Assembly: GCA_019322805.1 (NCBI GenBank)
Contig: JAHWIC010000003.1
Span: forward strand, 964-64,963
Origin: Candidatus Woesearchaeota archaeon
GTDB lineage: Archaea; Nanobdellota; Nanobdellia; Woesearchaeales; JAHWIC01
DNA length: 64,000 nucleotides
Direction of reading: 5' to 3'
The translations under genes were made by a program, and so were the position numbers. This document shows positions 42,619-52,188 of this stretch, piece by piece. The notes below the pieces were generated by a model. The model made no database searches and was not told where the DNA came from. It saw nothing but the letters and a program-made list of their open reading frames with translations. Every line of letters starts with the position of its first letter. Position 1 is the stretch's first letter.

Positions 42619-44533
42619 GCCGGCTAAAATACACCACACAATAGTCCTGTTGAGGGAAGACAGCGTAAATGAACTTATAACTCTACTTTATGAGCTGGGG
42701 ATATGCGAACTAAAGAAAACTAATGTTGATCTTCCTTCGAAATACTCTTATGAGCTGGTAAAGAATGTTGATGAAATCCAGACAAGGCTGAATTTTATTA
42801 TTGATTCTTTAGAGGAATATAAAGAGATCATCCAGCCAGGAAGCAGGATAAAGGAATTATTTTCACCACAGCCGTTAAAAAAACAAAAGAGCATTCTTTA
42901 TTCGGCAGAAAGGATAATAGAAGAGGTAACCTATCATCTTGACCTGATAGAGCCAAAGATTCGAGAGAGACTGGACAAACTGCAGGAAATAAAGGAGAGG
43001 CTTGAAAATAACAATTTCCTGATCTCAAATCTTTCATTAATACCTGATATAGGGACAAATATTTTTGAATCATCAGATACTGTTAAGTGCTTTCTGGGAT
43101 TAATCAACACAGCTTCTGTGAACAAGATAAAAGGCCCTTTAAAAGACAAAACAGTTATCGGTGTAAAAGAGAAGGATAAAAATCAGTCACTCATAGCTAT
43201 CTTTTCCTTCTTCGAAGACTCCTCATCTGTTGAAAGAGCCCTGCACGAAGTCGGTTTCCAGGAAATAGAGATTCCATTTGAGGATAAGAGACCAATGCAG
43301 ATAATTAACAGCCTGAAAAAAGAAAATGACGAGTTAAACAAAGAAGAGATGAAGATAGGGAATTTCTTAAAGAAAATACAGAAGATTTATGAAAAAAAAT
43401 TAGTTGTATTGGAAGAAGAGCTCAATATTACCAAACAAAAAATAGTTACTTTGGAGAATTTTAAAGCAACAAAGGCATTTTCTGTTGTAGAAGCATGGGT
43501 TCCTGAAAAAGACCTAAAAAAGTTTTGTAACTCAGTAAAAAAGGTTTCAACACAACATTATATTGAGATTGATGAAAAGGATGATGCTCCTACTTTATTC
43601 AGGAATCATAGGCTGGTAAGACCGTTTGAGATGATTACAGAGCTTTATTCTCCTCCAAGGTATAAGGGGTTTGACCCGACACCAATTCTAGCAATCACCT
43701 TTACATTATTTTTTGGTTTTATGCTAACAGACGCTGTTTATGGTCTTATGGTATTAGCATTAGGATGGATGATGTACAAAGGTATTGGTAAAATCAATGA
43801 AGCCATGAAAAGGTTTGCTATAATCCTTGTCGCTTTTGGCATTTCTACAACAATAATGGGTGTTATCTTTGGCTCTTATTTCGGGGATTTCTTCCAGAAA
43901 ATAGGAATACCTATCCCAGTGCCGATTGATTCAATGAGGCAGGTAATGCTAACCTTATCAATAGCATTAGCACTAGGCTCTTTACATCTTATGATTGGCT
44001 TAGTTTCAGGATTCTACGACAATATACACCAGGGAAGCTTTAAGGATGCAATGGCAAAACAGGGTGTTTGGCTTATATTTCTGATAGGCTTGTTCCTGCT
44101 TTTATTAAGGCTAAATACGCCTGGCTTAGTTGCTGTAGGGCTTGCAATCTTACTGCAGATGTTCTTTAATTTTTTAGAGGGTGGCGCTGTTTCATCTTTG
44201 CTCTCTGTATTCGGATTTAGTGGTTTTATAGGTGATTTATTCTCTTATGCAAGGCTGATGGCATTAGCAATTGGTACAGCAGGTATTTCATTGGCTGTTA
44301 ACTTTATGGTTTTCATGGTTATTGACCTGATTCCCTGGATAGGGATTCCGATAGCAATGGTCATCTTTGTGATTGGACATCTATTTAATGTACTAATGAA
44401 TGGTCTTGGAGCATTTATCCATTCAACCAGGCTTCATTTTTTAGAGTTTTTTACAAAGTTTTATGAAGGCGGCGGAAGGACCTACAAGCCTTTCCTCGCT
44501 GAAAGAAAGAATACAATTGTTAAATTAGAGTAA
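42611..44533 (+). CDS. atpI: A-type ATP synthase subunit I (stator a-subunit homologue)
   Basis: 640 aa. A soluble N-terminal half and a polytopic C-terminal half containing the FSYARLMALA arginine motif. Confidence 0.9.
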   Translation: MFRPAKIHHTIVLLREDSVNELITLLYELGICELKKTNVDLPSKYSYELVKNVDEIQTRLNFIIDSLEEYKEIIQPGSRIKELFSPQPLKKQKSILYSAERIIEEVTYHLDLIEPKIRERLDKLQEIKERLENNNFLISNLSLIPDIGTNIFESSDTVKCFLGLINTASVNKIKGPLKDKTVIGVKEKDKNQSLIAIFSFFEDSSSVERALHEVGFQEIEIPFEDKRPMQIINSLKKENDELNKEEMKIGNFLKKIQKIYEKKLVVLEEELNITKQKIVTLENFKATKAFSVVEAWVPEKDLKKFCNSVKKVSTQHYIEIDEKDDAPTLFRNHRLVRPFEMITELYSPPRYKGFDPTPILAITFTLFFGFMLTDAVYGLMVLALGWMMYKGIGKINEAMKRFAIILVAFGISTTIMGVIFGSYFGDFFQKIGIPIPVPIDSMRQVMLTLSIALALGSLHLMIGLVSGFYDNIHQGSFKDAMAKQGVWLIFLIGLFLLLLRLNTPGLVAVGLAILLQMFFNFLEGGAVSSLLSVFGFSGFIGDLFSYARLMALAIGTAGISLAVNFMVFMVIDLIPWIGIPIAMVIFVIGHLFNVLMNGLGAFIHSTRLHFLEFFTKFYEGGGRTYKPFLAERKNTIVKLE

Positions 44534-44556
44534 ACTAGAAGGAGGTAAATAAGAAA

Positions 44557-45042
44557 ATGACTGTAACCCTAGGAACTGTATATGCAGTAAGCGGAGCAGC
44601 GCTTGCATTAGGCGTTGCTGGACTAAGTACAGCATTTGGTGTTAAGGCAGCAGGAGTAGCAGGAGCTGGAGCAGTAGCAGAAAAGAAGGAGCACTTTAAG
44701 AATGCATTAATCCTGCAGGCATTGCCGCAGACACAAACAGTCTATGCATTTATAACAGCACTGCTTATCTTGATGGGTGCTGGCTTATTAGGCGGCGGTG
44801 TAAAAGAGCTAAGTGATGCACAAGGCTTAGCAATGCTAGGAGCTGGAGTGGCTGTTGCAGTAACTGGAATATCTGCTGTAATGCAGGGATTAGTTGCCAG
44901 TGCAGGAATTGTATCGTGCACTAAGAATCCAGATGCATTTGCGCCAAGCATTGTATTTGCTGGACAGTGTGAGACACCTGCTATATTTGGTTTTATTGCA
45001 TCGTTGATATTACTGGTGGTTGGACTTGGAGTGCTAGGATAA
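44557..45042 (+). CDS. atpK: A-type ATP synthase subunit K (proteolipid), duplicated four-helix form
   Basis: 161 aa with two hairpin repeats. Helix 2 has LPQTQTVYAF (Gln at the carboxylate position). Helix 4 has GQCETPAIFGF (Glu retained). Strong SD AAGGAGGT. Confidence 0.9.
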   Translation: MTVTLGTVYAVSGAALALGVAGLSTAFGVKAAGVAGAGAVAEKKEHFKNALILQALPQTQTVYAFITALLILMGAGLLGGGVKELSDAQGLAMLGAGVAVAVTGISAVMQGLVASAGIVSCTKNPDAFAPSIVFAGQCETPAIFGFIASLILLVVGLGVLG

Positions 45043-45058
45043 AATTTTTCAGTGACAT

Positions 45059-45077
45059 TAAATCTCGAAGAGATTTA
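45059..45077 (+). terminator. GAA-triloop hairpin just after atpK
   Basis: TAAATCTC-gaa-GAGATTTA starts 17 nt after the atpK stop. Confidence 0.35.
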
Positions 45078-45105
45078 TGGCGCTCAAAGAAAAATTTTAT
45101 CTTTG

Positions 45106-45229
45106 ATCCTCCCCACTAGTGCACAAGGAGAACGCCATAAATTGCTGACGCAATTTAATTTCACAGTGCCCCTCCCCTAACAAATCTGTTAGAGGTACGC
45201 AACTAAATTAGAGGAATGGAAAATGCAAG
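45106..45229 (+). repeat. B-element copy 2
   Basis: 45106-45182 matches 10976-11052 with 2 mismatches. The tail is GCAACTAAAT, then a 14-nt insert, then ATGCAAG. Confidence 0.9.
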
Positions 45230-45359
45230 CATACTCACTAGCGTTCGTAGCTTACATTTTTTAACATAAGAAAAGGTGAAGTAAAAAATGCAAGCATACT
45301 CACTAGCGTTCGTAGCTTACATTTTTTAACATAAGAAAAGGTGAAGTAAAAAATGCAAG
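45223..45359 (+). repeat. Perfect 65-bp tandem duplication (2 full copies plus first 7 nt of a third, which is the atpE start)
   Basis: 45223-45287 is identical to 45288-45352. Each copy carries ATGCAAGC..., a 13-codon ORF (MQAYSLAFVAYIF) and the AAAAGGTGAAGTAAAAA SD region. The third ATGCAAG at 45353 starts atpE. Confidence 0.95.
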
Positions 45360-45892
45360 TATTCGGTAACGTTGAGGCTTTGAAAAAGGCTATCGAGAAG
45401 AGATACTCTTCGATGGTTAAGGATGTAGAGAAGGATAAGGAAAACCAATTAGCAGAGATAAATGAAGAGCTAAAGGAAAAAATAGGATTGTTAAAGGCCC
45501 ATATGAAGACAAATATTGATGCAGAGGTTAAAAAGACGCATTCAATGATATTGAGTGCTGCGAGGTTAAATGCAAAAAAGGAATTTGAGGAAAAGAGAGA
45601 AGCAATAATTGAATCTGTTTTTAGGGAAGCAGAGAAAGGAGCAAAGGACATTGCGCATACAGCTGAATACATAGGTTTTGTCAAGAAGAATATATCAAAA
45701 ACAAAAGGCTTGACAGTTATAGGGGATAGTGATTATTATAAGGACTCCTTTCCTGGCCTGAAAATTGATAAGGGTATCATAGGATTGAAATTCAAATCAG
45801 AGGAAGTTGTTTATGATTTTGCACTGGATAATATAATTGCTTCAAAAAAAGATGTGTTAAGGCATGAGGTAAGTAAAGTACTCTTTAGTTAA
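45353..45892 (+). CDS. atpE: A-type ATP synthase subunit E
   Basis: 179 aa, with a charged helical N-terminus and a globular C-terminus, in the operon position after K. Confidence 0.8.
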   Translation: MQVFGNVEALKKAIEKRYSSMVKDVEKDKENQLAEINEELKEKIGLLKAHMKTNIDAEVKKTHSMILSAARLNAKKEFEEKREAIIESVFREAEKGAKDIAHTAEYIGFVKKNISKTKGLTVIGDSDYYKDSFPGLKIDKGIIGLKFKSEEVVYDFALDNIIASKKDVLRHEVSKVLFS

Positions 45893-45893
45893 A

Positions 45894-47078
45894 ATGATTA
45901 ATAATACAATAATAAATGCAACAAATGCATTGATTAACTTAACTAATGCTTCTGCAGAGCCTGCTCCATCTAAGCTGGCTTTTTTGGCAAATCCTGGTTT
46001 GTTGGTGTTTGCCTTTTCAGCCTTGTTGGTTGCAGTTTTAATCCTGTTTGTAATTAAGCACGTAACACCTGTAAGTCACTTCCTCTATGCGAATGCAAGG
46101 ATACAGGCAAGAACCAATTTTATGGTTTCAGATGCTTTATCCTTAGAGCTTGCAGAAGCAAAGTCACTCAAGGAATTTAGAAGCTTGTTAAGGGACACAG
46201 AACATGGTGAAGAGCTTGAAAAAAGTGAAGAAGGCTTAAGGCCGTTCCATGTCGCTTTAGAAAAGGGATTTATCAGCTCTATCCTTGAATTGGTTGAATT
46301 AAGCCCTGCTAAATCAAAACCTTTGCTTAAGGCTTATCTGATGTTTTTAGAGGCAAAGATACTGAAAATAATCTACAGAGCAAGGCTGATGAATGCAGAG
46401 ATTGATGAAAGCCTTGTTTACCCTATTGGAAAAATAACTGAGAATTTATTAAGGCATCTTCTAGACACAGAGACTATTGCAGATATTGGCGTTGTTATGG
46501 CTCCTACTGCATATGCGAGGATATTTGAAAAAAAATATGAGAGCCTTGAGGAATTTGAGACAGCAATTGACGAGTTTGTCTTTAACAATTTTGTTGGTGT
46601 TATTGAAAAGACAAAGATGTACGATGGAAAGTACATCATAGATATACTAAATAAGAAAATCGATATATCAAATATATTAGCCCTTTTGAAATTCAGGATA
46701 AGAGGTACAGAAAAAGAACAACAAAGAGACCTTTTGGTTGATAATAAATCAGATCTTTGTTTAAGATTTGATGAATTGATAAAGGCTGAAACACTAAAAG
46801 ATTTTGTAGAGGTGTTTAAAGGCCTTCCTTATCATGAGCCGTTAACAAAAGCATTTGAAAGGTATGAAAAAGACAGCTCTTTATCACATCTTGAAAATGA
46901 ACTTTACAGATTTTTTAAGGAATTTGTGGTAAGCAATGATTTAGGCCACACACTTGGGCCTTATCCTTTGATTTCATATTTAATTAAGAAGGAGTTAGAG
47001 CAGCGTAATCTGTTCATAATAAGCAGGGGTATAGATGCAGGTTTCCCTCCTGAAAGGATAAAGGGGATGTTAGTATGA
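45894..47078 (+). CDS. atpC: A-type ATP synthase subunit C (d-subunit homologue) with N-terminal hydrophobic extension
   Basis: The conserved part starts at FLYANARIQAR. About 60 residues precede it, including LLVFAFSALLVAVLILFVI. Confidence 0.8.
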   Translation: MINNTIINATNALINLTNASAEPAPSKLAFLANPGLLVFAFSALLVAVLILFVIKHVTPVSHFLYANARIQARTNFMVSDALSLELAEAKSLKEFRSLLRDTEHGEELEKSEEGLRPFHVALEKGFISSILELVELSPAKSKPLLKAYLMFLEAKILKIIYRARLMNAEIDESLVYPIGKITENLLRHLLDTETIADIGVVMAPTAYARIFEKKYESLEEFETAIDEFVFNNFVGVIEKTKMYDGKYIIDILNKKIDISNILALLKFRIRGTEKEQQRDLLVDNKSDLCLRFDELIKAETLKDFVEVFKGLPYHEPLTKAFERYEKDSSLSHLENELYRFFKEFVVSNDLGHTLGPYPLISYLIKKELEQRNLFIISRGIDAGFPPERIKGMLV

Positions 47079-47353
47079 TTGTTTTAGGAAATCCAGAGTT
47101 TGTAACAGGGATGAAGTTAGCAGGCATTAAAGACAGCTATGTGATAAGAAAAAGGGAAGAAGCATTAGAGCTGCTAAGAAAGACTGGCAAAAAGGAGTTC
47201 ATTTTAGCTAATGTCAGTGTTATTAAGCTTGTTCCTGAGCTAGAGGGGTTTAGGAATGTTGTCAGTGTTCCGGATGATGCTAAGGAATTTTCAAGCACAG
47301 ATGATTTAAAGGATATTATTAAGTCGGCAGTGGGCATCGAGTTGAATATTTAG
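47075..47353 (+). CDS. atpF: A-type ATP synthase subunit F
   Basis: 92 aa with a 4-nt overlap with atpC. MIVLGNPEFVTGMKLAGI is typical of subunit F. Confidence 0.8.
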   Translation: MIVLGNPEFVTGMKLAGIKDSYVIRKREEALELLRKTGKKEFILANVSVIKLVPELEGFRNVVSVPDDAKEFSSTDDLKDIIKSAVGIELNI

Positions 47354-47665
47354 AAATAAATCAATAAGAAAGAATCAATGGGAAAAATCAATAAACACAA
47401 AAAAATAATCTGATTTTTGCTTTATAATCCACATTAAGGCAAAAATCATCATCCGTCTTTCCTTTAAGTATACATTAAAGGAAGGGAAGAGGATGAAAAT
47501 TCCTTGAGCGTGGTTGTGAAAGGAATTTTCAGAATGATTAGTTGCCATTAAATGATTAATTTGATATGATAAAAACAAACAAATGCGCAACAAATTGTGC
47601 ATGCATATCAACACCCAATGATCAAAATCAATGATGATAATTAAAAACAAATCAATGGTGATATT
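47354..47665 (+). repeat. R-element copy R5 (long form; core 47409-47533) between atpF and atpA
   Basis: It fills the whole 312-nt atpF-atpA spacer. The right-hand module contains the hairpin GCGCAA-caaa-TTGTGC (47585-47600) and ends with AATGGTGATATT-ATG. Confidence 0.9.
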
Positions 47666-49438
47666 ATGGGAAAGATTGTGAAGATCGCAGGACCGGTTGT
47701 GGTAGCCAAGGAAATGAAAGGCAGCAAGATGTATGATGTTGTCAGGGTTGGAGAGGAAAAATTAATCGGAGAGATTATCCAGCTTAATGGGGATAAAGCA
47801 ACAATCCAGGTTTATGAAGACACAACAGGCGTTAAGCCAGGTGAAGAGGTTACATCAACAGGAGCTCCTTTGAGTATAGAGCTAGGGCCTGGTTTGTTAA
47901 GAAGCATCTATGATGGAATTGCAAGGCCTCTGCCTGATATTGCAGAGATTTCTGGTGATTTTATCTCTCGCGGTATAGAGGTTCCTTCATTAGACAGGAA
48001 AAAGAAATACAATTTTATCAGCAGGGTAAAGCCTGGACAAGAGCTAACAGGCGGGCAGATAATAGGAACTGTCAAAGAGACAGATGTTATTGATCACCAG
48101 GTGTTATTGCCGCCAAATCTTTCTGGTAAGGTTACGAACATCAATGAAGGAGAGAAAACAATTGAAGAGCCGGTCATAACCTTAGAGACAAAAGAGGGCA
48201 GCATTGATGTTAAGATGTATCAAAAGTGGCCGGTAAGGATACCAAGGCTTTCTAAAGAAAAGCTAGACCCAACTATCCCGTTGATTACAGGACAAAGGGT
48301 CTTTGATACGTTCTTTCCAATTGCTAAGGGTGGAACAGCAGCTATTCCCGGGCCGTTTGGAGCCGGTAAAACTGTTTCGCAGCAGCAGCTTGCTAAATGG
48401 GTTGATGCAAATGTTATCGTCTATATTGGCTGCGGTGAAAGAGGAAACGAAATGACAGAGGTATTGGATGAATTTCCTAAGCTTACTGACCCGAAATCAG
48501 GAAAGCCATTGATGGAAAGGACTGTTTTGATTGCAAACACATCAAATATGCCAGTTGCAGCAAGAGAGGCCTCTGTTTATACTGGTGTTACAATAGCTGA
48601 GTACTTTAGAGACATGGGTTATGATGTTGCTTTGATGGCAGACTCAACATCGAGATGGGCAGAAGCAATGAGAGAAATCTCCTCAAGACTTGAAGAAATG
48701 CCTGGTGAGGAAGGCTATCCTGCTTATCTCGCATCAAGGTTGGCACAATTCTATGAAAGAGCTGGCAGGGTTGTTACACTAAATGAGCAAAATGGAAGTG
48801 TATCAATTATTGGAGCTGTTAGCCCGCCTGGTGGTGATTTTTCTGAGCCAGTTACACAAAATACCTTAAGAATGACAAAGGTGTTCTGGGCATTGGATGC
48901 TCCATTAGCATATAGAAGGCACTTCCCTGCAATTAACTGGCTGACTTCTTATTCATTATATACCGGCAAGGTCGCACATTATTTCGATGATATTGCAGCT
49001 GATTTTTCTTCTTTAAGGGCAAAAGCAATGAGCTTACTGCAGAAAGAAGCAGAGTTAAGGGAGATTGTTCAGTTAGTGGGGCCTGATGCACTGCCTGAAG
49101 AGGACAAGCTTGTTTTGGATACAGCAAAGTCATTAAGGGAGGATTTCTTGCAGCAGAATGCCTATCACGAGGTTGATACCTTTTGTGCTATTGAGAAGCA
49201 GCATTTGATGCTAAAGACAATCCTTGATTTCCATAATACGGCTTTAGAGACAATAAGGAAAGGGGTAAAGGTAAGGGATATCATAGGATTTGAGGTAAAG
49301 GAGAAGATAGCCAGGATGAAGTACATCAAGGATATTAAAAAAGAGGTTGAAGGAATTACAAAAGAGGTTAGTGCGCAAATGAAAAAACTGCAAAGCACAG
49401 TATCAGAGCTCTCTGCTGCAGCAGAGGGAGGGCAGTAA
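47666..49438 (+). CDS. atpA: A-type ATP synthase catalytic subunit A
   Basis: Walker [21 protein letters not shown] and [10 protein letters not shown]. No intein. Confidence 0.97.
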   Translation: MGKIVKIAGPVVVAKEMKGSKMYDVVRVGEEKLIGEIIQLNGDKATIQVYEDTTGVKPGEEVTSTGAPLSIELGPGLLRSIYDGIARPLPDIAEISGDFISRGIEVPSLDRKKKYNFISRVKPGQELTGGQIIGTVKETDVIDHQVLLPPNLSGKVTNINEGEKTIEEPVITLETKEGSIDVKMYQKWPVRIPRLSKEKLDPTIPLITGQRVFDTFFPIAKGGTAAIPGPFGAGKTVSQQQLAKWVDANVIVYIGCGERGNEMTEVLDEFPKLTDPKSGKPLMERTVLIANTSNMPVAAREASVYTGVTIAEYFRDMGYDVALMADSTSRWAEAMREISSRLEEMPGEEGYPAYLASRLAQFYERAGRVVTLNEQNGSVSIIGAVSPPGGDFSEPVTQNTLRMTKVFWALDAPLAYRRHFPAINWLTSYSLYTGKVAHYFDDIAADFSSLRAKAMSLLQKEAELREIVQLVGPDALPEEDKLVLDTAKSLREDFLQQNAYHEVDTFCAIEKQHLMLKTILDFHNTALETIRKGVKVRDIIGFEVKEKIARMKYIKDIKKEVEGITKEVSAQMKKLQSTVSELSAAAEGGQ

Positions 49439-49439
49439 A

Positions 49440-50939
49440 ATGCTGAAAGAATACACTTCAGTAAGCGAGGTTTCTGGCCCTTTAATGATTGTTGAAAATG
49501 TAAAGGATGTAGCTTATGCTGAATTGGTCCAAATAACAACACCTGCAGGAGAAAAACGGCTTGGCCAGGTTTTAGAGATTAGGGAAGACAAGGCAGTTGT
49601 TCAGATTTTTGAAGGAACATCTGGGATTGATACCAAGAATACAAAGGTGCGCTTTATAGGGGAAACAATGAAGTTGGGAGTAAGTGAGGAGATGCTGGGA
49701 AGGGTCTTTAACGGCGCTGGCAAGCCAATAGATAAGCTGCCAGAGATAATCCCAGAAAAAAGGCTTGATATTAATGGGAATGCCATCAATCCATACAAGA
49801 GAATGCACCCTGCAGAATTCATACAAACAGGAATCTCCACTATAGATTTGAATAATACCCTGGTAAGAGGACAAAAACTGCCTATTTTCTCAGGCTCTGG
49901 ATTGCCGCATAACCAGTTAGCTGCACAGATTGCAAGACAAGCTGTTGTACTTGGAGAAAAAGAGAAGTTTGCAGTTGTGTTTGCGGCAATGGGCATAACA
50001 AACGAGGAAGCATTATTCTTTAGGCAGGAGTTTGAAAGAACCGGAAGCTTAGGGAATGTAATCATGTTTTTGAATTTAGCTGATGACCCTGCAATTGAAA
50101 GAATAATCACTCCAAGGATTGCTTTAACAGCAGCAGAGTATCTTGCTTATGACAAGGATATGCATGTCTTGATTATACTGACAGATATGACTAATTACTG
50201 CGAAGCATTGAGGGAGATCTCTGCAGCAAGAAGCGAGGTTCCTGGAAGAAGAGGATATCCTGGGTATATGTACACAGACCTAGCAACAGTCTATGAAAGA
50301 GCAGGGAGAATAAAAGGAAGAAAGGGCAGTTTAACTCAAATGCCAATATTAACAATGCCTGATGATGACATCACTCATCCAATTGCAGACTTAACCGGAT
50401 ATATAACAGAAGGGCAGTTTGTTCAGAGCAGGGACTTGCACAGAAAAGGCATTTACCCTCCAGTTAATGTGCTGCCTTCCCTTTCAAGATTAATGAAGAA
50501 TGGAATTGGGCCAGGAAAGACCAGGGAAGACCATGCAAATGTATCTGACCAGCTATATGCTGCGTATGCTCATGGCATTGAATTAAGAGACCTGGTTGCA
50601 GTTATTGGGAAAGAGTCTTTGTCAGAATTGGATCTGAAGTATTTAGAGTTTGCTGATAAGTTTGAGGATAAATTTGTAAGGCAGGGCTATGAGGAAAACA
50701 GGGCAATAGAGGTAACACTGTCCATAGCATGGAAGCTGTTATCTGATTTGCCAGAAGCAGAGCTTAAGAGGATAAAGAAAGAGTTCATTGATAAGTATCA
50801 TCCTGAAAGAAAGACAGGCAAAGTAAAAGGAAAGGTCTCTTCTGACATAGAGATTTCAGGTTATACAGATGCAGATGCAACCTTAGGCACAGGTCTGGAT
50901 GTAACACCTACAAAGGCTAAGAAGAAGAAAAAGCTTTAA
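49440..50939 (+). CDS. atpB: A-type ATP synthase subunit B
   Basis: SGSGLPHN and [15 protein letters not shown], with a Lys-rich C-terminal extension of about 40 aa. Confidence 0.97.
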   Translation: MLKEYTSVSEVSGPLMIVENVKDVAYAELVQITTPAGEKRLGQVLEIREDKAVVQIFEGTSGIDTKNTKVRFIGETMKLGVSEEMLGRVFNGAGKPIDKLPEIIPEKRLDINGNAINPYKRMHPAEFIQTGISTIDLNNTLVRGQKLPIFSGSGLPHNQLAAQIARQAVVLGEKEKFAVVFAAMGITNEEALFFRQEFERTGSLGNVIMFLNLADDPAIERIITPRIALTAAEYLAYDKDMHVLIILTDMTNYCEALREISAARSEVPGRRGYPGYMYTDLATVYERAGRIKGRKGSLTQMPILTMPDDDITHPIADLTGYITEGQFVQSRDLHRKGIYPPVNVLPSLSRLMKNGIGPGKTREDHANVSDQLYAAYAHGIELRDLVAVIGKESLSELDLKYLEFADKFEDKFVRQGYEENRAIEVTLSIAWKLLSDLPEAELKRIKKEFIDKYHPERKTGKVKGKVSSDIEISGYTDADATLGTGLDVTPTKAKKKKKL

Positions 50940-50953
50940 GATAGGGACTCAAG

Positions 50954-51562
50954 ATGAAGATCAAACCAACCCGGATGGGTTTGCTGTTAACGAGAAAGAA
51001 GTTAAAGATAGCAAAAAAAGGGCACAAATTACTGAAGCAAAAGAGGGATGTTCTTATTTTGGAATTCTTTCAGGTACTGAAGGAAATAAAACAGCTGAGA
51101 AAACAAATCTCTGGAAATCTGATAAAGGCTCAGGGCTCACTTTATAATGCGCAGGCAATTGAGGGCGAGCTGAATATAGAAAGAACAGCCTTGGGCTTGT
51201 CTTCAGGAGCTGCAATAGACCTTTCATCAAGGTCTATAATGGGTGTTGAGGTTCCTGTGATAAGGAATATTGAAGTAGAGCACCAATGGCATGGCTATTT
51301 TGGGCAGACTGTTGAGCTTGATAATGCAGTAAAACAATTCAGGGATATATTTCCTGAACTGATAAGACTGATGGAAAAGCAGCTGATGCTTAAACATCTT
51401 GCAGAGGAGATAAAGAAGACAAAAAGAAGGGTTAATAGCCTGGAGTATCTGACGATACCTGGGTTGGAAGATATAAAAAAGATTATCACGTTTAAATTAG
51501 AAGAACTTGAAAGAGAGAATTTCAGCAGGCTAAAGAAGATAAAGAAGACAACAGCAAAATGA
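50954..51562 (+). CDS. atpD: A-type ATP synthase subunit D
   Basis: MKIKPTRMGLLLTRKKLKIAKKGHKLLKQKRDVL is a typical subunit D N-terminal helix. Confidence 0.9.
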   Translation: MKIKPTRMGLLLTRKKLKIAKKGHKLLKQKRDVLILEFFQVLKEIKQLRKQISGNLIKAQGSLYNAQAIEGELNIERTALGLSSGAAIDLSSRSIMGVEVPVIRNIEVEHQWHGYFGQTVELDNAVKQFRDIFPELIRLMEKQLMLKHLAEEIKKTKRRVNSLEYLTIPGLEDIKKIITFKLEELERENFSRLKKIKKTTAK

Positions 51563-51699
51563 GGCCAAAACAGAAAAAAGAGGCAGAGAAAAGGGCCAGA
51601 CAATTCCTTTTGCTGACAACTGCAAGGATTGTTGCTGAGATTACAATCATTATTGGGTTTTTTATTGTCATATATTTTTTGATTAGAAAATATGTGTAA
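51559..51699 (+). CDS. Small hydrophobic ORF (46 aa) translationally coupled to atpD
   Basis: ATGA overlap with the atpD stop. My translation is MRPKQKKEAEKRARQFLLLTTARIVAEITIIIGFFIVIYFLIRKYV: a basic N-terminus plus one TM helix. Confidence 0.35.
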   Translation: MRPKQKKEAEKRARQFLLLTTARIVAEITIIIGFFIVIYFLIRKYV

Positions 51700-51753
51700 G
51701 TTAGTATATTAACATAAGATTAATAATCAATTTTTGTTTTAGGGGGTGTTAAG

Positions 51754-52179
51754 ATGAAAATCAGAGAGATAATGACTTCGATAAAAAAGACCTCTGCAGA
51801 TACCACTGTTTCTGATGCTGCTAAGCTCATGGATGCAAAAATCATTGGCGGACTGCTTATTGAAGAAGAAGGCAAGGTTATTGGAATAGTAACTGAGAGG
51901 GATGTCTTAAGAAAGATTGTTGCAAAAGGCAGGGATCCTACTACAACACTTGTTAAAGATATCATGAGCACTCCACTTATCACAATAGACCCTGAGAAAA
52001 GCCTTGAAGAAGCAAATGAGATCATGGCTCAGAAGAATATAAGAAGGCTTCCTGTAGAAAGCAATGGCAGCATTGTTGGAATGATTACTATAAGAGATAT
52101 TTCTGATAATTTGAGGTACACCCTAGGGAAAAGTTTGTTAAAGCACAGAGAGAACGATTTTGTTAGGAATCATTTTTGA
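51754..52179 (+). CDS. CBS-domain pair protein
   Basis: 141 aa with two CBS repeats (GGLLIEEEGKVIGIVTERDV and RRLPVESNGSIVGMITIRDI). Confidence 0.8.
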   Translation: MKIREIMTSIKKTSADTTVSDAAKLMDAKIIGGLLIEEEGKVIGIVTERDVLRKIVAKGRDPTTTLVKDIMSTPLITIDPEKSLEEANEIMAQKNIRRLPVESNGSIVGMITIRDISDNLRYTLGKSLLKHRENDFVRNHF

Positions 52180-52188
52180 GAAAAAATA

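Noticed and set aside
45238-45684. 148-aa minus-strand ORF
   Set aside because: It lies antisense to atpE and runs through the 65-bp tandem duplication. atpE has operon context and an SD, so the antisense frame is a by-product.
49601-50110. 169-aa minus-strand ORF, and similar antisense frames at 55366-55863, 59369-59875 and 30322-30783
   Set aside because: Each lies inside and antisense to a confidently identified gene (atpB, DNA ligase, the CBS-HPF protein and the tRNA thiolase). None has motifs or start signals.
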